The position numbers and the translations under genes are program-made. A DNA stretch of 64,000 nucleotides. Origin: Azolla caroliniana. Its lineage: Eukaryota > Plantae > Polypodiophyta. Below the pieces are notes generated by a model. It searched no databases and was not told where the DNA came from. It worked only from the letters and a program-made list of their open reading frames with translations. The DNA is taken from contig JBHGNT010000014.1 in NCBI GenBank assembly GCA_043228905.1, positions 20,212,001 through 20,276,000 of the forward strand. The letters are read 5' to 3'. Positions 51,516 through 64,000 of this stretch are shown piece by piece (the first letter of the stretch is position 1; each line of letters opens with the position of its first letter).

Positions 51516-52939
51516 AGTGTAGGCAAGATAGGCAAGGCCATCGATCTCCATGGAGCATCAATGACGTCATTAAAGTAACTCTCCCAACTTTCTCAAGATG
51601 ATTAATAAACTAAATACTAACTTTCTCGTGACAAAACTAAAGAAATAGCCTTTAGTTAATTAAAGCGGACAAAATGTTAGGAAGTATATACGAGAAAGCT
51701 TTAAATTAGTTATATTAGAGATGACACAAAATTAAGCCTAAAAGAGGGCTCCAACTTAAAAGTGTAGAAAGTGAAGCAACATCGAAGAAAGTCACAAAAG
51801 TGACTCTTATAGTGTTTTATAAATGCCCCATGGCCTATTCACACTTGGTCGGCGCAAAAGTTCTCTTACTTTAAGTTAACTTTTATTGCCTACATTTTTA
51901 CATAAATCTTTTTATCCTATGCGCCCATATGGGCCAATGGGGAGACATAAAATGTGTAGCATTGGGCTACTAATTACAACATATGAGCATTGGACAAAGA
52001 AATTCAAGTATTCGTTATGGCTTTTGTGCTACCACCATAGGTAGGTGGGTTTCTGAGAGACTCCCAACTCCTCATTATCATGGAGTTAATAATATTAACC
52101 AAGTCACTTCGTTAGGAATATGTTAAGCCTACTTTAAATTAAATGCTCAATTACGATCAAAGTTAAACTCATTAGATAATGATGTTATTGTACACCATGA
52201 TTTTCTCTAGGAAAAGACATTGGAGCATTCATAACTAAGATACGAGTTTGGGCATAAGCTTGAAAAGAATGTTCAATATTACGAATTCTAGTTAAGGTAG
52301 AGTTCAACCATGTAAGAGGTTTGTATGGGGCTTGATTTAAATGGATTATACGGCCTAATTCTATTATAAGTGAATCTAGGACGGATCTCGTATGATTTAG
52401 TATTAAGATGCTCTAGTATGTGGGTCATAGTAGAGATGAAGACAAGGTCGGAAGATGGGCATATAATGTAATGTGCTAGGTTTGGTTGGTGTAGTAGGAA
52501 TGTGAATGGGGTCCCCCCAAAAAAGCAAAGATAACCAATCATAAGGGCTAGTGCAGGCCCTCTAAGAAAGAGAGGATATGGAACAAGGAAGATTCAGGAA
52601 AGCTAAGAGATAAGCTATCAGAAGTAAGGGCTCTTGTGACCTCATAAAAAAAGAGCAAGCAAGAAAACAAACAAAAGAAAAGTTTGGAAAAAGAAAAAAG
52701 AAAAAAAGAGAGAGAGAGAGTAACCCAATGGAAAACAAAACCATTATTTGTGTGGATGCTAATGCTTGGAGAAGAGGAGAGAGAGAGGTGTGGAATCACT
52801 ATATATACATATATAAGAAAGAGGGGGGAAGGAATAGGAGAGAGAGCAAGAAAGAAGGAGATCTATCAAGCTAAGCACTAGCACTAGCATTAGCAGTTGT
52901 TGTTGTTGTGTTACTACCAGTAGTAGCAAGACCTCTCAA

Positions 52940-53723
52940 ATGGCATCCATGATCTCTGCTAACTCGCTGGCGCTTGCTTCGGCACCCGCTGTCTCCTCCG
53001 AGGTGAAGAGCTTCACCGGCTTGAAGGCCAACACCTCCGGGGTGCTCGGGGGCGCCAAGACCGCCCAACCACTCACCACTGTCTCCAATGGCAGCAGAGT
53101 GAGCTGCATGCTGGTAATGCCTAAATCCAACTCCATTTCCTTGTCTATTATGTATGTATGTCACATTAGTAGTAGTAGTATGCAAATATAAATGCTACAT
53201 GTGTGTGGCCTCCCAAGTATGTGTGGTGTGGATACATACATGAATTGGGGTGAAAGAAATGGAATGGGTGACACAACAATGCTTGCTTGTATGTACATAT
53301 TAGGGTGGTATGTATGTATAAGTATGCTTCACATGTGTGAATGTGTGTGTATTGTCCATCTAGGTGTGGCCCCCATACAACAACCCCAGGTTCGAGACCC
53401 TGTCCTACTTGCCATCCCTAACCAAGGAGCAAATCGCAAAGCAAGTGGACTACATCATCAACAAGGGGTGGATCCCTTGCCTCGAGTTCGACAAGATCGG
53501 GTCGGTGTACATTGAGAACTTCCACGGATCAGGCTACTACGATGGGCGCTACTGGACAATGTGGAAGCTCCCCATGTTCGGGTGCACCGACCCTGCAGCC
53601 GTCCTCCGTGAGGTTGAGGAATGCAAGAAGGCCTACCCTAACTGCTACATCCGCGTGCTCGGCTTCGACAGTGTCCGCCAAGTCCAAGTCACTGGATTCG
53701 TCGTCCAGAAGCCCACAGAGTAA
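52940..53723 (+). CDS. rbcS: Rubisco small subunit precursor (copy 1), 177 aa
   Basis: Exons 52940-53113 (transit peptide, ...[10 protein letters not shown]) and 53364-53723 ([17 protein letters not shown]...[15 protein letters not shown]). TATA at about 52800-52817. Confidence 0.97.
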
Positions 53724-54317
53724 ATTCCCGGACCCACGGACACCATTCCCACCCAATCCATCAAGTCTTCGTCTTAATTCACCTTTCCCATGTTGAGCCA
53801 AAAAAGCAAGAACAACAATGGCATTGTAATTTCTTTTTGTTGGTATTTGTTGTTTCCTTTCTTCTTCCTTCTACATGATCACATTTGTGTGGTCTTGAAA
53901 TAAGGTAGATGTTTGTTGTAATGCAAGCATCACCTACATTGAATCTTGTAATTTCCTAATTGCCACGTGCATTATTTGAGAACAATATTCAATGCGTTTC
54001 ATGATCAAGAATAGTTATCTCGTGTATGGATGATGATGATGATGATGTGTAGTTGTAGTTCCATTGATGTCTGGACATAAGAGTCTGGACACCAACTAAC
54101 TTTGAGGTGTTTAGTTCAAACACACATTCCTTTGGCCTTCTCTTGAACTTTCCTATGAAGCTCATGAGACACGTGCACTTATGTATGGCATCTGAATAAT
54201 CCCAAATGTGGATAACAAGGCTTTTTACAATATAATATGTCTATGCAATGACAAAATGGATACCATCAAAAGCTAGCCCCAAAAAGTATCACTTGGTTCC
54301 ACACGAGCCAACCTACA

Positions 54318-54431
54318 CATGATCCTCTCTTCAATTGTGTGATCCATCCTCTTTGTTGATCCAATTCATGGGGTCATGATCCTCTCTTCAATTGTGTGAT
54401 CCATCCTCTTTGTTAATCCAATTCATGGGGT
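54318..54431. repeat. 57-bp tandem duplication
   Basis: catgatcctctcttcaattgtgtgatccatcctctttgtt(g/a)atccaattcatggggt x2. Confidence 0.9.
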
Positions 54432-55999
54432 GGGGCATAAGGATCCATGAGCTCTTGTTTGTTATAAAAATGAATTTCCCACTTTTAACCATCATCTAGG
54501 AGTTATACTACTTTGCATTCATCCTCAACCATGGTTGACCATTTCCAAAGGGTAGAATTGAATACATCATCCTTACACACTAACAATAATACCAACTACC
54601 AAGATCATGAATGAAGGTAAGTGTGACATGTGCCCAAAGATTGAACATGTCAAATGAGAGGATGCGTTGAAGATCAAACAAGAATATGTGTGGATGAGGG
54701 AATGGATGGAAGGTAATATAGGGGGATGGAGGGATGAGTTATGGATGGATCCAAACAAGCGAATTCAAATGTGGGGATACAAGGATTCGAATAAGAGGAA
54801 CAAGAGGAGTAGGATTGTAGGAATCAAGTCAGTGGAATGAAAGGAGGTGAGGGACCTATGTTAGAGGGCCCAAGGAGAGAGAAGAGAACTGGGCAAAACA
54901 ATGTAAGATTCGAAGACCAGGGTTAATCTACTTGAAATTGATGAGTACTCCCATTTCATATGATATAATTTGGATAACCTCTAGTTTAAATCCTTAGTCA
55001 TCCCTTCTAATGCATTAGTTTATTAATGATGAGGACTTTCTAGTAAATTAAGGGCTAAAGTGTTGACCTTTTTGAAACAATAAAAAAGTTACAAGAAGTG
55101 TACGTATAGATTTTATGTTATTATTTTCATGGAAAGATAATGAAACCTATGAAGCGCACATCAAACAAGAAAGTGAGCTTCCAACATTCTCTACACTTTA
55201 AATTTGAGGTTCTAACTACAAAGTCATTGCAAATCTTTTAAATGACATGTCTGATTTGTGAACATTCCATGGTGCCTGACGGTTTGCTTTTCATAGGGAA
55301 ACCATAAAGAATTAGGGTGTTATTACCAAGTAGGGAATAAATAAATAAAACAACCTTCATATGTGAGGAGTAACTCAAATGTACCCCTCATTGTTCTAGT
55401 AATACCAACATACATATATCCTTGGTCAAAGTTCCACTTCTACTGTTTACTTATTATGCAGGATAAATCTGTGGATCCCCTAGGTGTACACCCCTCCCTC
55501 TTTAATGTACCATGACCATCAAAAACAAATTTATTTTTCAATAGCTTCAAGAGATAACTTCACAACATTAACATTCTAAACTACGATTTCTGGAAATGGT
55601 TTGATTCCCATTTTATGTCATTAACTCAGAAAATTAGCCTATAATATTTGTTTTTCTAGGCCCAAGCTCAAATTGTTAACTTCTAAGGTTAGAATGTGGG
55701 TTTTAAGTTGTGTTTCTTGTAGACTTACGTTGGAATTCTAATCTTGAATGATTGAAATTAATACTCATGCTATGCATTACCTTCCACATTAGCTCAAAAT
55801 TTAAAATAGAATGCAAGTTACAAAAAACTATTTAAGAGCAAAATAGAATGCACGAATTGGGTGGCTGATATTATGAAATGGTTTAAAAAATGAGAAGCGA
55901 AAACCTACTAGAGTTCTTAGGTGATGCTATAAAGTGTCTAATAATCGAGGATAGATTACTAAAGACACTAAGGATGACGTAGCAAGAAGCTAAAATGTC

Positions 56000-56420
56000 A
56001 AAGTCGAAATATTACATTGCAAATGTTAACCCTCAATGTTCACCTGAATACAAGGTAAGAGTGCTAGAACATATATAGCCACATCTTATTGTACCCATGA
56101 GACTTCTTCAAACTCATTCACACAAGATAGGTGTTGAGATAGTATCATGCCATCATCATTGGAATATGAAGTATGAAGATATACAATATTCGCATTGAAA
56201 CCCTAGTGGAGGACGAATATCACTTACTTCTTGCATGCTCAACATATAATGTAATTTATGAGAAGTATGATGACTTGTTAGAAGAGCATGAATATTTTAA
56301 GTGTTATACTCAAATCCCCACCAAGAAGGCTGAACGCATATGTATGTACATTATTTTCACATTGAGATTGTGTGGTCACCTGCAACATAATATGTTTATT
56401 GAGTCCCATAGGTCGAATTA
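56000..56420 (+). mobile_element. Degenerate non-LTR retrotransposon 3' coding relic
   Basis: ORF 56173-56421 contains VEDEYHLLLACSTYNVI, resembling the E-D-E-x-H-x-L-L-x-C-x-x-Y C-terminal motif of LINE ORF2. Confidence 0.45.
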
Positions 56421-57936
56421 GCTTCCCTCGGAGACAACTATACACGAATAAAAGAGCAACATGTGCAACATGAGAGAAGAAAATTGCATGAAATATCTCT
56501 TCAAACATATATTTTAGAGTTCTCATTTGCATGTCTTGTTTTATTATTTTGCGTATTGTGGCTGAAGAATTTTAAAGAAAGGCAAAAGTGCGGGATCATT
56601 TTAGGTTAATTTGAAGAAATGATTGGTTTACATACACATAAGTAGTTGTATAGAATGTGTAATGTTAAGAAATGTGGACACATAAATAGGGTTTCTTGAT
56701 ATATTCAGAAAAAAGAAAGGAGCGGAGCGATTTTTGGTTCTCATTGAAGTATTTTTTGTGGGGGCAAAGGCCTATCGATTCGACATGGAATAAAGATTTA
56801 GTGATAGAGCGGCATAGAAAGACCAAGCTTAGGACTAAGGTTTAGTGATGCTTATTGTTACTTATTAGGCGAGGAGGTTTTTTTCAAGTTCCCATCTTCC
56901 ATGGCATGCACCTCATGTTTTTTATTGGCCCCTGTCCCTTTTTTTAAGAAGAGGGGTTGTGTAAGAACCTAATGATAATATATCCCTAGAGCGTCCTTAA
57001 ATCTATGGGATGTATAACATTATTGAATATAGTAACAAAAAATTATTGAAATGTCAAATAGCTCAGTGTATAATTATAAACTATGTCGCTATCATTTACA
57101 ACATGAACAGAAAGAAGGCGACCAATGGATTCAATGGTATTGTGGATAATATAGATTAAAATCTAGTGCATGTCTAAGGAAAAGTTGTTTCGAAAATGGA
57201 ACGTGTTAGATGCTTTGGATGTCTTTAATGTGTAACAATACCGTTTGAGTCAAATAATGACGCGCACGCGTGTGGATTTTTATTTACTGATGCTTGTTTC
57301 ATTAGGCCAATGTTGACGTTTCATTTATAGCAAAAGCTCCTTGTCGATGCAGTTAATATCTCTAGGTCCGTGACCTATACATTCTATACTTACTATTTAC
57401 ATAGCTTCGTCTAGAATAAATATGTTAAACTCAAATGTATATGACTGATTTGAGACCTTATTAGATGATTGAAAGTGGAAACAAAATTGGGAATTGGTAA
57501 GTTCCCATTAAGTATTTGGGATAATGATTAATGATTACGATAATGTTTGGGAACTAGCTCACCGTCTTAAAAGGCTTCTCAAGTATTATAAAACCACGTT
57601 GACACTCAATTTTATCTCATAAAGGACCAATTAAGAATTAAGTAATGAAACATTTATCTATTTTGAGCAAGGCAAGTTAAGGCATGCTCATATATTTTAT
57701 TTAAAGATATTTGGAGCTGCATTTTCCACGAAGGCATTAAAATTTCCATTAAATGTCAAAAGAAGAGATCAAGTACAACCTATGCCCATTGCCAACATGT
57801 ATTGATGACAATTGAACTTTACTTATACCAAAGTTCATTCTTGCTATAGAAAGCAAAAGGACCATCGTTTTTTAAGAAGAATGAGGATGATGTTTGCATT
57901 GGTGATGGATAGGCTGGAATGTGTCCCCCTCGAAGT

Positions 57937-58616
57937 TTACTCTGTGGGCTTCTGGACGACGAATCCAGTGACTTGGACTTGGCGGACGCTGTCAAAGCCG
58001 AGCACACGGATGTAGCAATTAGGGTATGCCTTCTTGCATTCCTCGACCTCACGGAGGACGGCTGCGGGGTCGGTGCACCCAAACATGGGCAACTTCCACA
58101 TTGTCCAGTAGCGGCCATCATAGTAGCCAGATCCATGGAAGTTGTCGATGTACACTGATCCAATCTTGTCAAACTCAAGGCAAGGGATCCAACCCTTATT
58201 GATGATGTAGTCCACTTGCTTCGCGATCTGCTCCTTGGTTAGTGGTGGCAAGTAGGACAATGTCTCGAAGCGGGGGTTGTTGTATGGGGGCCACACCTAG
58301 TAGTGTGAACACATACACACATATCACCCCCAATGTGAGCAATCATTCCATTTGTTCTAGTTTCACTCAAAATCCATTACACCTACATTTGCATTGCACA
58401 AATACATGCTAGTGACAATGAATTATTTTATTTGCTTACCAACATGCAACTCACTCTACTGCCATTAGAGACAGTGGTGAGTGCCTTATTGGATGATGCA
58501 CCAAGCAAACCGATGTTGGCTTTCAATCCGGTGAAGCTTTTCAAGTCAGTGGTGGCTGGTGCAATGCTTGGTGCTGCAGCAACCACTAAGGAATTCGCGG
58601 AGATTGTGGACGCCAT
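57937..58616 (-). CDS. rbcS: Rubisco small subunit precursor (copy 2), 178 aa
   Basis: Exons 58440-58616 and 57937-58296, GT-AG intron. Mature protein nearly identical to copy 1; transit peptide and intron diverged. Confidence 0.97.
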
Positions 58617-58744
58617 GTGTGCGCGAGGTTGCTAAAGTTGTATAGATGTAGATTGCTATCACCACTAGATTGCTTGATCTCTTTGCTTCAATTTGTTATT
58701 TATATACACATATAGGGATGACCCCCACCTTCCCCTTTTCCATG

Positions 58745-58822
58745 TAATGATAAGGCAAGAGTTATTAGCCTTAGCTATCCACACTATACATATCCCTTCC
58801 CCCACCACACAAATGTTTTCTT
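58745..58822 (-). promoter_or_regulatory. rbcS-2 promoter block with I-box (GATAAG), conserved with rbcS-3
   Basis: tgataaggcaagagttat(t/c)agcctta and caccacacaaa(a)tgttttct are shared with 62701-62764. Confidence 0.7.
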
Positions 58823-59559
58823 GATTGGCTGAACACCCCTCCCCCCCATTTTTTTTACTAGAGGAGAATTGGAAAAGAAAAAGGAAAAAGGAAAAACCAA
58901 AAAGTTAAGTGATAGTAATTTAGAATGAATAGGACGTATTCGACGACCATTCGCTTCTCAACGATTCCTAAACAAACTTTGTATGCTATGATGAACTTTG
59001 TGCATACCTCATATTTCATCTTACAAAAACTATCATTCATTCATATCAAGCATACAAGATGTTTCAAGTAATCCATCATCCATGCCAAACTCCCTCGTTT
59101 ATTAGCAAAGTCACATTCATATTCACAACCTCTTATAAACATATATGTGTGTCAATTGTAGATGAGATCAACATAAAAACAATGATCAATTTAACAAGGA
59201 CATAACAAACTTTATTAAAGCATTTACCAAATCTTAAAACTCATTTTCTTTTGCAACAAGAACATAATATACCGAAAACTAACACAAATGCGTCATTGAA
59301 TAACATTAATTAAAGGTTATAGCATTGAAACACAATCCATATCAACTATTTCACAAACAAATGGGAAAGGTTGTAAAATAAACCATGAGATACCACATTG
59401 GTTGTGTGTGTGTGTTTGGGGGCATTGGAATCACAAGAGACAACCACAAGATATATCACAATGTGCAAATCATCATCGGTCCCATTCACTCATTCATTAA
59501 TATGTACGATGATAATTTCTATTATTGTTTAATCAACTATGCAAAAATGTATTTCTTTG

Positions 59560-59880
59560 TGACTAATGCTCAAATGGGTAAGCAAATACCAAATATGTGT
59601 GGCGCATGCATAGTTAGTAATGTATGTAATACACATATGATGTTGACTGAGTATATCCAATGGTATGAATACTCACATTGAATAATGTGTATGTGTGGTA
59701 TTCATACTACCATTACCAATGTATAGGTATCGCCACCATATAAAAATAACAGTTTTGAGACATTGTATGCCTCAAACTTGATCAAGGAGTAGATCATGAT
59801 CTCATGACTTGAGTTCCACTGCAAGGGGACATGCTTGGTTTTGATAGAACCAAGTGTCTCCAAGTCCTTAGCTACAACAA
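59560..59880 (+). pseudogene. rbcS pseudogene with intron and internally deleted exon 2
   Basis: Donor gtaagcaaata as in rbcS-2. Acceptor at 59726, then VSPPYKNNSFETL...LIKE*I...LEF...MLGFDRTKCLQV. Confidence 0.75.
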
Positions 59881-60249
59881 AAGAAATCATGGAGAATTCA
59901 ACAAAGTTCAAAATCATTGTTATTCTTGTTGTTGATTCCTCTTTCTAATTTGCATAACAACAACGAGAACGGTTATAGAATTAACATTTCTTCTATTAGC
60001 GAATCCTGTTTTCCGTTTGTTTCTACATTATCACACCTGTTTGTAGCATTGTTATTCTTGTTGTTGATTCCCATTTCTAATTTGCATAACAAAGACAACA
60101 ATTGTAGTGTTTAACATTTCTTTTATTAGGGACTTTTGTTTTCCGTCATGTCTCTACATGATCATATTTGTCTGAGGCAAATAGTTGCAACTTGCTATAA
60201 TGCAAGCCTCACATACATTGAATGTGTTTGTGTGTACTAATGCAAGAAT

Positions 60250-60690
60250 TGTCCTCCACAAGGTGAAGGGCAAGAAGGTATGTTGCGATTTTTACATCCA
60301 TGTGCTAATGGGCCATGTCCAAATTCTTGGCTTCAACATCGAAAAGCATGGAGAATCCAACTAACCTAACACATTCATTATTCTTGTTGAATAACTATAA
60401 AGACACCAATCACATTAACGTTTTTTTTGTTGGTATTTTTTGTTTTCCTTCTTCTTTCCATATGATCAATTATTTTTGGTTTGGTACAAGGAAAATTTTG
60501 GCTATAGTGCAAGCATCACCTAGGTTGAATATAGTAATTTCCTATTGTCATGTGTAATATTTGAGGACAATATTCAATGTGTGTCATCATCGAGAATGGA
60601 TCTCATGTGTGAACGTATAGTTGTAGTGCGATCAAGATATTAATGTAGAGCATGGGTACCAACTTTTCAACGTTTAGTTCAAAATGCATT
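60250..60690 (+). pseudogene. Further rbcS relic: exon-2 3' fragment plus rbcS-1-type 3' flank
   Basis: gtcctccacaaggtgaagggcaagaaggta...tacatccatgtgcta aligns to the [17 protein letters not shown] codons. 60410-60690 aligns with rbcS-1 3' region 53820-54120. Confidence 0.6.
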
Positions 60691-61687
60691 GTGCCATGGT
60701 TCAAAACCTATGTGGTGCACATTTGTCCAAGTTTTATCTCATGTACCTTCCAACCCTTGTGCACATTTTCAATTGCCAATTATATTGTGCCATGTAAACT
60801 ACAAAGTATGATAGGACCACATAATCTAAAGTAGGCATAATCATATAACGTCTTCACTACACCCAAAAGATTTGAAGTGACATTACCATAGGGACAACTT
60901 TTATAATTTTCGTGGTGAATTATTTGTATTGTGTGTGTTTGTGTGTGTTTTCTCATAACAATCCTTTATTGTGAGGCTATTAGGTGTCTAGCTTATATCT
61001 CTTTATTGTGATGCTATTAGGGTTAATCTCTTAAGCAATTTTTCTTTGAAGGCTCTCCAAACTATTAAATGGCTAATGTAATAGCTGAACTGAAATCATG
61101 GTATCCTTTGCATATCATCTTCTTGTGATGCAATGAACAACAAGTTTAAATGTTTAGTGCCAAGTTCAATGAAATCTTCGTGTCAAGCATCGAATGACTA
61201 GACGAAATATGCAAGGATTGATTGCAAAAAGAGCATCATAGACATTTCAAATGTTGTAAGGTCCCCAATGAAGTTCAACACCACTCAACAAGAATTATGG
61301 GAGGGGTTATTGATATGAACCATGTTGCCAGTGATGGCCAAATGTGCCATAGACATTATACCCTACCTTATATAAAACATCATGGATAATTTGCAACGAT
61401 TTGGGTAGAAAGCCACATTTGGTAGCGCAAGATGAGCAACACACACCCATTTAAGGCTTTAACAATCATTATTCATGAAGGCATTGAGTTTTACATTTGA
61501 AGAGAAGCCTAGATGCCAACATGTATATGGATGGCATTAGCAGTTTTACTCATACAAAAGCAACAATGTGGTCCTATTGCGGAAACAAAAAACCGAAAAA
61601 ACAAACCAACAAAGAAATGAAAACCATTTGTTGTTTCAGGAGGAGGATGAGGATTGGGTGGGAATGGTGTCCGGGGAGTCCGGGAAT

Positions 61688-62266
61688 TTACTCTGTGGGC
61701 TTCTGGACGACGAATCCAGTGACTTGGACTTGGCGGACACTGTCGAAGCCGAGCACGCGGATGTAGCAGTTAGGGTAGGCCTTCTTGCATTCATCAACCT
61801 CACGGAGGACGGCTGCGGGGTCAGTGCACCCGAACATGGGGAGCTTCCACATTGTCCAGTAGCGCCCATCGTAGTAGCCTGATCCGTGGAAGTTCTCAAT
61901 GTACACCGACCCGATCTTGTCGAACTCGAGGCAAGGGATCCACCCCTTGTTGATGATGTAGTCCACTTGCTTTGCGATTTGCTCCTTGGTTAGGGGTGGC
62001 AAGTAGGACAGGGTCTCGAACCGGGGGTTGTTGTATGGGGGCCACACCTAGATGGACAATACACACACATTCACACATGTGAAACATACTTATACATACA
62101 TACATACATACATACATACATACATACATACATACATACCACCCTAATATGTACATACAAGCAAGCATTGTTGTGTCACCCATTCCATTTCTTTCACCCC
62201 AATTCATGTATGTATCCACACCACACATACTTGGGAGGCCACACACATGTAGCATTTATATTTGCA

Positions 62267-62310
<44 letters not shown>

Positions 62311-62530
62311 ATGTGACATACATAATAGACAAGGAAATGGAGTTGGATTTAGGCCTTACCAGCATGCAGCTCACTCTGCTGCCATTGGAGACAGTGGTGA
62401 GTGGTTGGGCGGTCTTGACGCCCCCGAGCACTCCGGAGGTGTTGGCCTTCAAGCCGGTGAAGCTCTTCACCTCGGTGACTGCGGGTGCCGAAGCAAGCGC
62501 CAGCGAGTTAGCAGAGATCATGGATGCCAT
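61688..62530 (-). CDS. rbcS: Rubisco small subunit precursor (copy 3), 176 aa
   Basis: Exons 62360-62530 and 61688-62047. Exons and intron almost identical to copy 1 in inverted orientation. Confidence 0.97.
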
Positions 62531-62639
62531 TTGTGAGGTCTTGCTACTACTACTAGTAACACAACAACAACAACTGCTAATGCTAGTGCTTAGCTTGATA
62601 GATCTCCTTCTTTCTTGCTCTCTCTCCTATTCCTTCCCC

Positions 62640-62765
62640 CCTCTTTCTTATATATGTATATATAGTGATTCAACACCTCTCTCTTTTCACCATATAAAAA
62701 TGATAAGGCAAGAGTTATCAGCCTTACCCATATCCTGCTTCCAACACCACACAAAATGTTTTCTA
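62640..62765 (-). promoter_or_regulatory. rbcS-3 promoter: TATA and I-box block
   Basis: tatatatgtatatata at about 62649-62664. tgataaggcaagagttatcagcctta at 62701-62726. Confidence 0.7.
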
Positions 62766-64000
62766 ATCCACAACCCCCAACAATGACACCTCCAACACAC
62801 AAAAAAGAAAAAGGGAAAAGGAAAAAAAAAAAGAAAAAAATTAAAGGATAAAAAGGAAGGAAGCAAACAGATAGCAAACAACACCAACATTTCTTTGCCC
62901 TTTTCACACAACTTTTTATTTTTAAGCTGTATGTTCCTTGGATCGCTCGCCCGCTCCCTTGCTTGTTCCTCTAAGAACAAACTTTTCTTTATCTTTAACT
63001 AATTGAACTCGCTTCGAGTGTCCACCAACTGACTCCCCTAGCTCCCTTCCCCCCAAACAACCAACATGTTTTTCGACACTTTTCGAGGACACTTTTCCTT
63101 CATTAGCATGACCAAATTCGTCAAGCATTATTTGGTCGGGAGCCATTTTTAATTTAGAGCATCTACATATCAATTCTATTCACACCACCCCCCCGGACAA
63201 TAAACCAAACATTCTAGTCATTACTTGATTACCATCAATCAGTAATTTGTCGATTGAAACAAATGATATTACCTTACTCGAGTGTGTGCCTTGTCCTTCG
63301 TTGATTGAAAACCTCCTACCTTTATTGAGAAAACGAGCTATTTAGGCTACCTATGTTATCTGGTTTCTCCCAAATTATACAACATTACCTCCATGGGTTG
63401 TAAACCGCTACATTCAAACACTTGGTTTGCCACAATGCTTCAAATAATGAAGAGTATCTTCAAAATGTCCATCTTCTATACAAGAAAAACATAAATTGGG
63501 AATTTGGGAATAACAAATGAGCGTGAAAGAATCATGTGTATGTTTGAAATGTTTCCCAAGTTCGATAAATAAACAACCACCATAAAATTGTTACTCTTGG
63601 AAATGAGTTGTATCGATACAAAATTCCATTAAAATAGAACTACACTCTCATGTTGCACGCAGATTCCTTTTTCTTCTTCTCGTTAGAGACTTGGAATATG
63701 CTTCTAGAGTCTATATTGAAGCATGCCTACATTAGCATCTAACATGTTATTCAATCCATTAGCCAGGACAACCATGTAATCATCACTCCACACAATCGAA
63801 ACACATGCAAATGGACATAAACACCGACATGATTGTTTACCCATATACGGAAGGCTAGCCAATGATTTGGCACTCATTATCACTAAAAACCCCCATGAAA
63901 ATCTATTTCCTTTGGGTTCATCTAACTTGACACTATTGTCGAGATGATTTTATTTTCGTGACCACTTTACACAAGGAACACTTAACAAAATGTATGTTGG

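Noticed and set aside
52190-52300. Possible Copia 3' end/PPT relic upstream of rbcS-1
   Set aside because: Only faint similarity (HHDFL*EK-like codons, agcttgaaaagaatgtt). Too degraded to support.
53700-53800. Possible C-terminal extension on RbcS
   Set aside because: All three intact copies stop at QKPTE-TAA, and the 3' sequences diverge soon afterwards.

Overview
Eukaryotic nuclear DNA from a land plant, probably a non-seed plant. Fern-like PLS-PPR relics, T-type-like RbcS and tRNA-Trp-primed Gypsy elements point this way; the taxon is an inference. Bases 1-14.1 kb are a GC-rich nest of degenerate LTR retrotransposons on the minus strand: two tRNA-Trp-primed Ty3/Gypsy elements, a near-complete tRNA-iMet-primed Ty1/Copia element inside one Gypsy LTR, and extra LTR fragments. 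The rest is AT-rich gene space. It holds two short L1 3' ends with poly(A) and TSDs, a compound (CATA/CATC) satellite, a 6-exon START-domain gene (+), an S40/DUF584 pseudogene (-), a 14-exon class-A auxin response factor (-) with two GC-AG introns, a PP2A B'/B56 gene (+), and an rbcS cluster with three intact genes and about three relics. The most striking unexplained structures are (i) PPR-derived fragments that end in the same 3' tail motif as the local L1s, one of them enclosed by a perfect 15-bp TSD; (ii) apparent gene conversion between inverted rbcS copies; and (iii) Ile in place of the conserved RbcS Arg53 in all three intact copies. All coordinates and alignments were read by eye.
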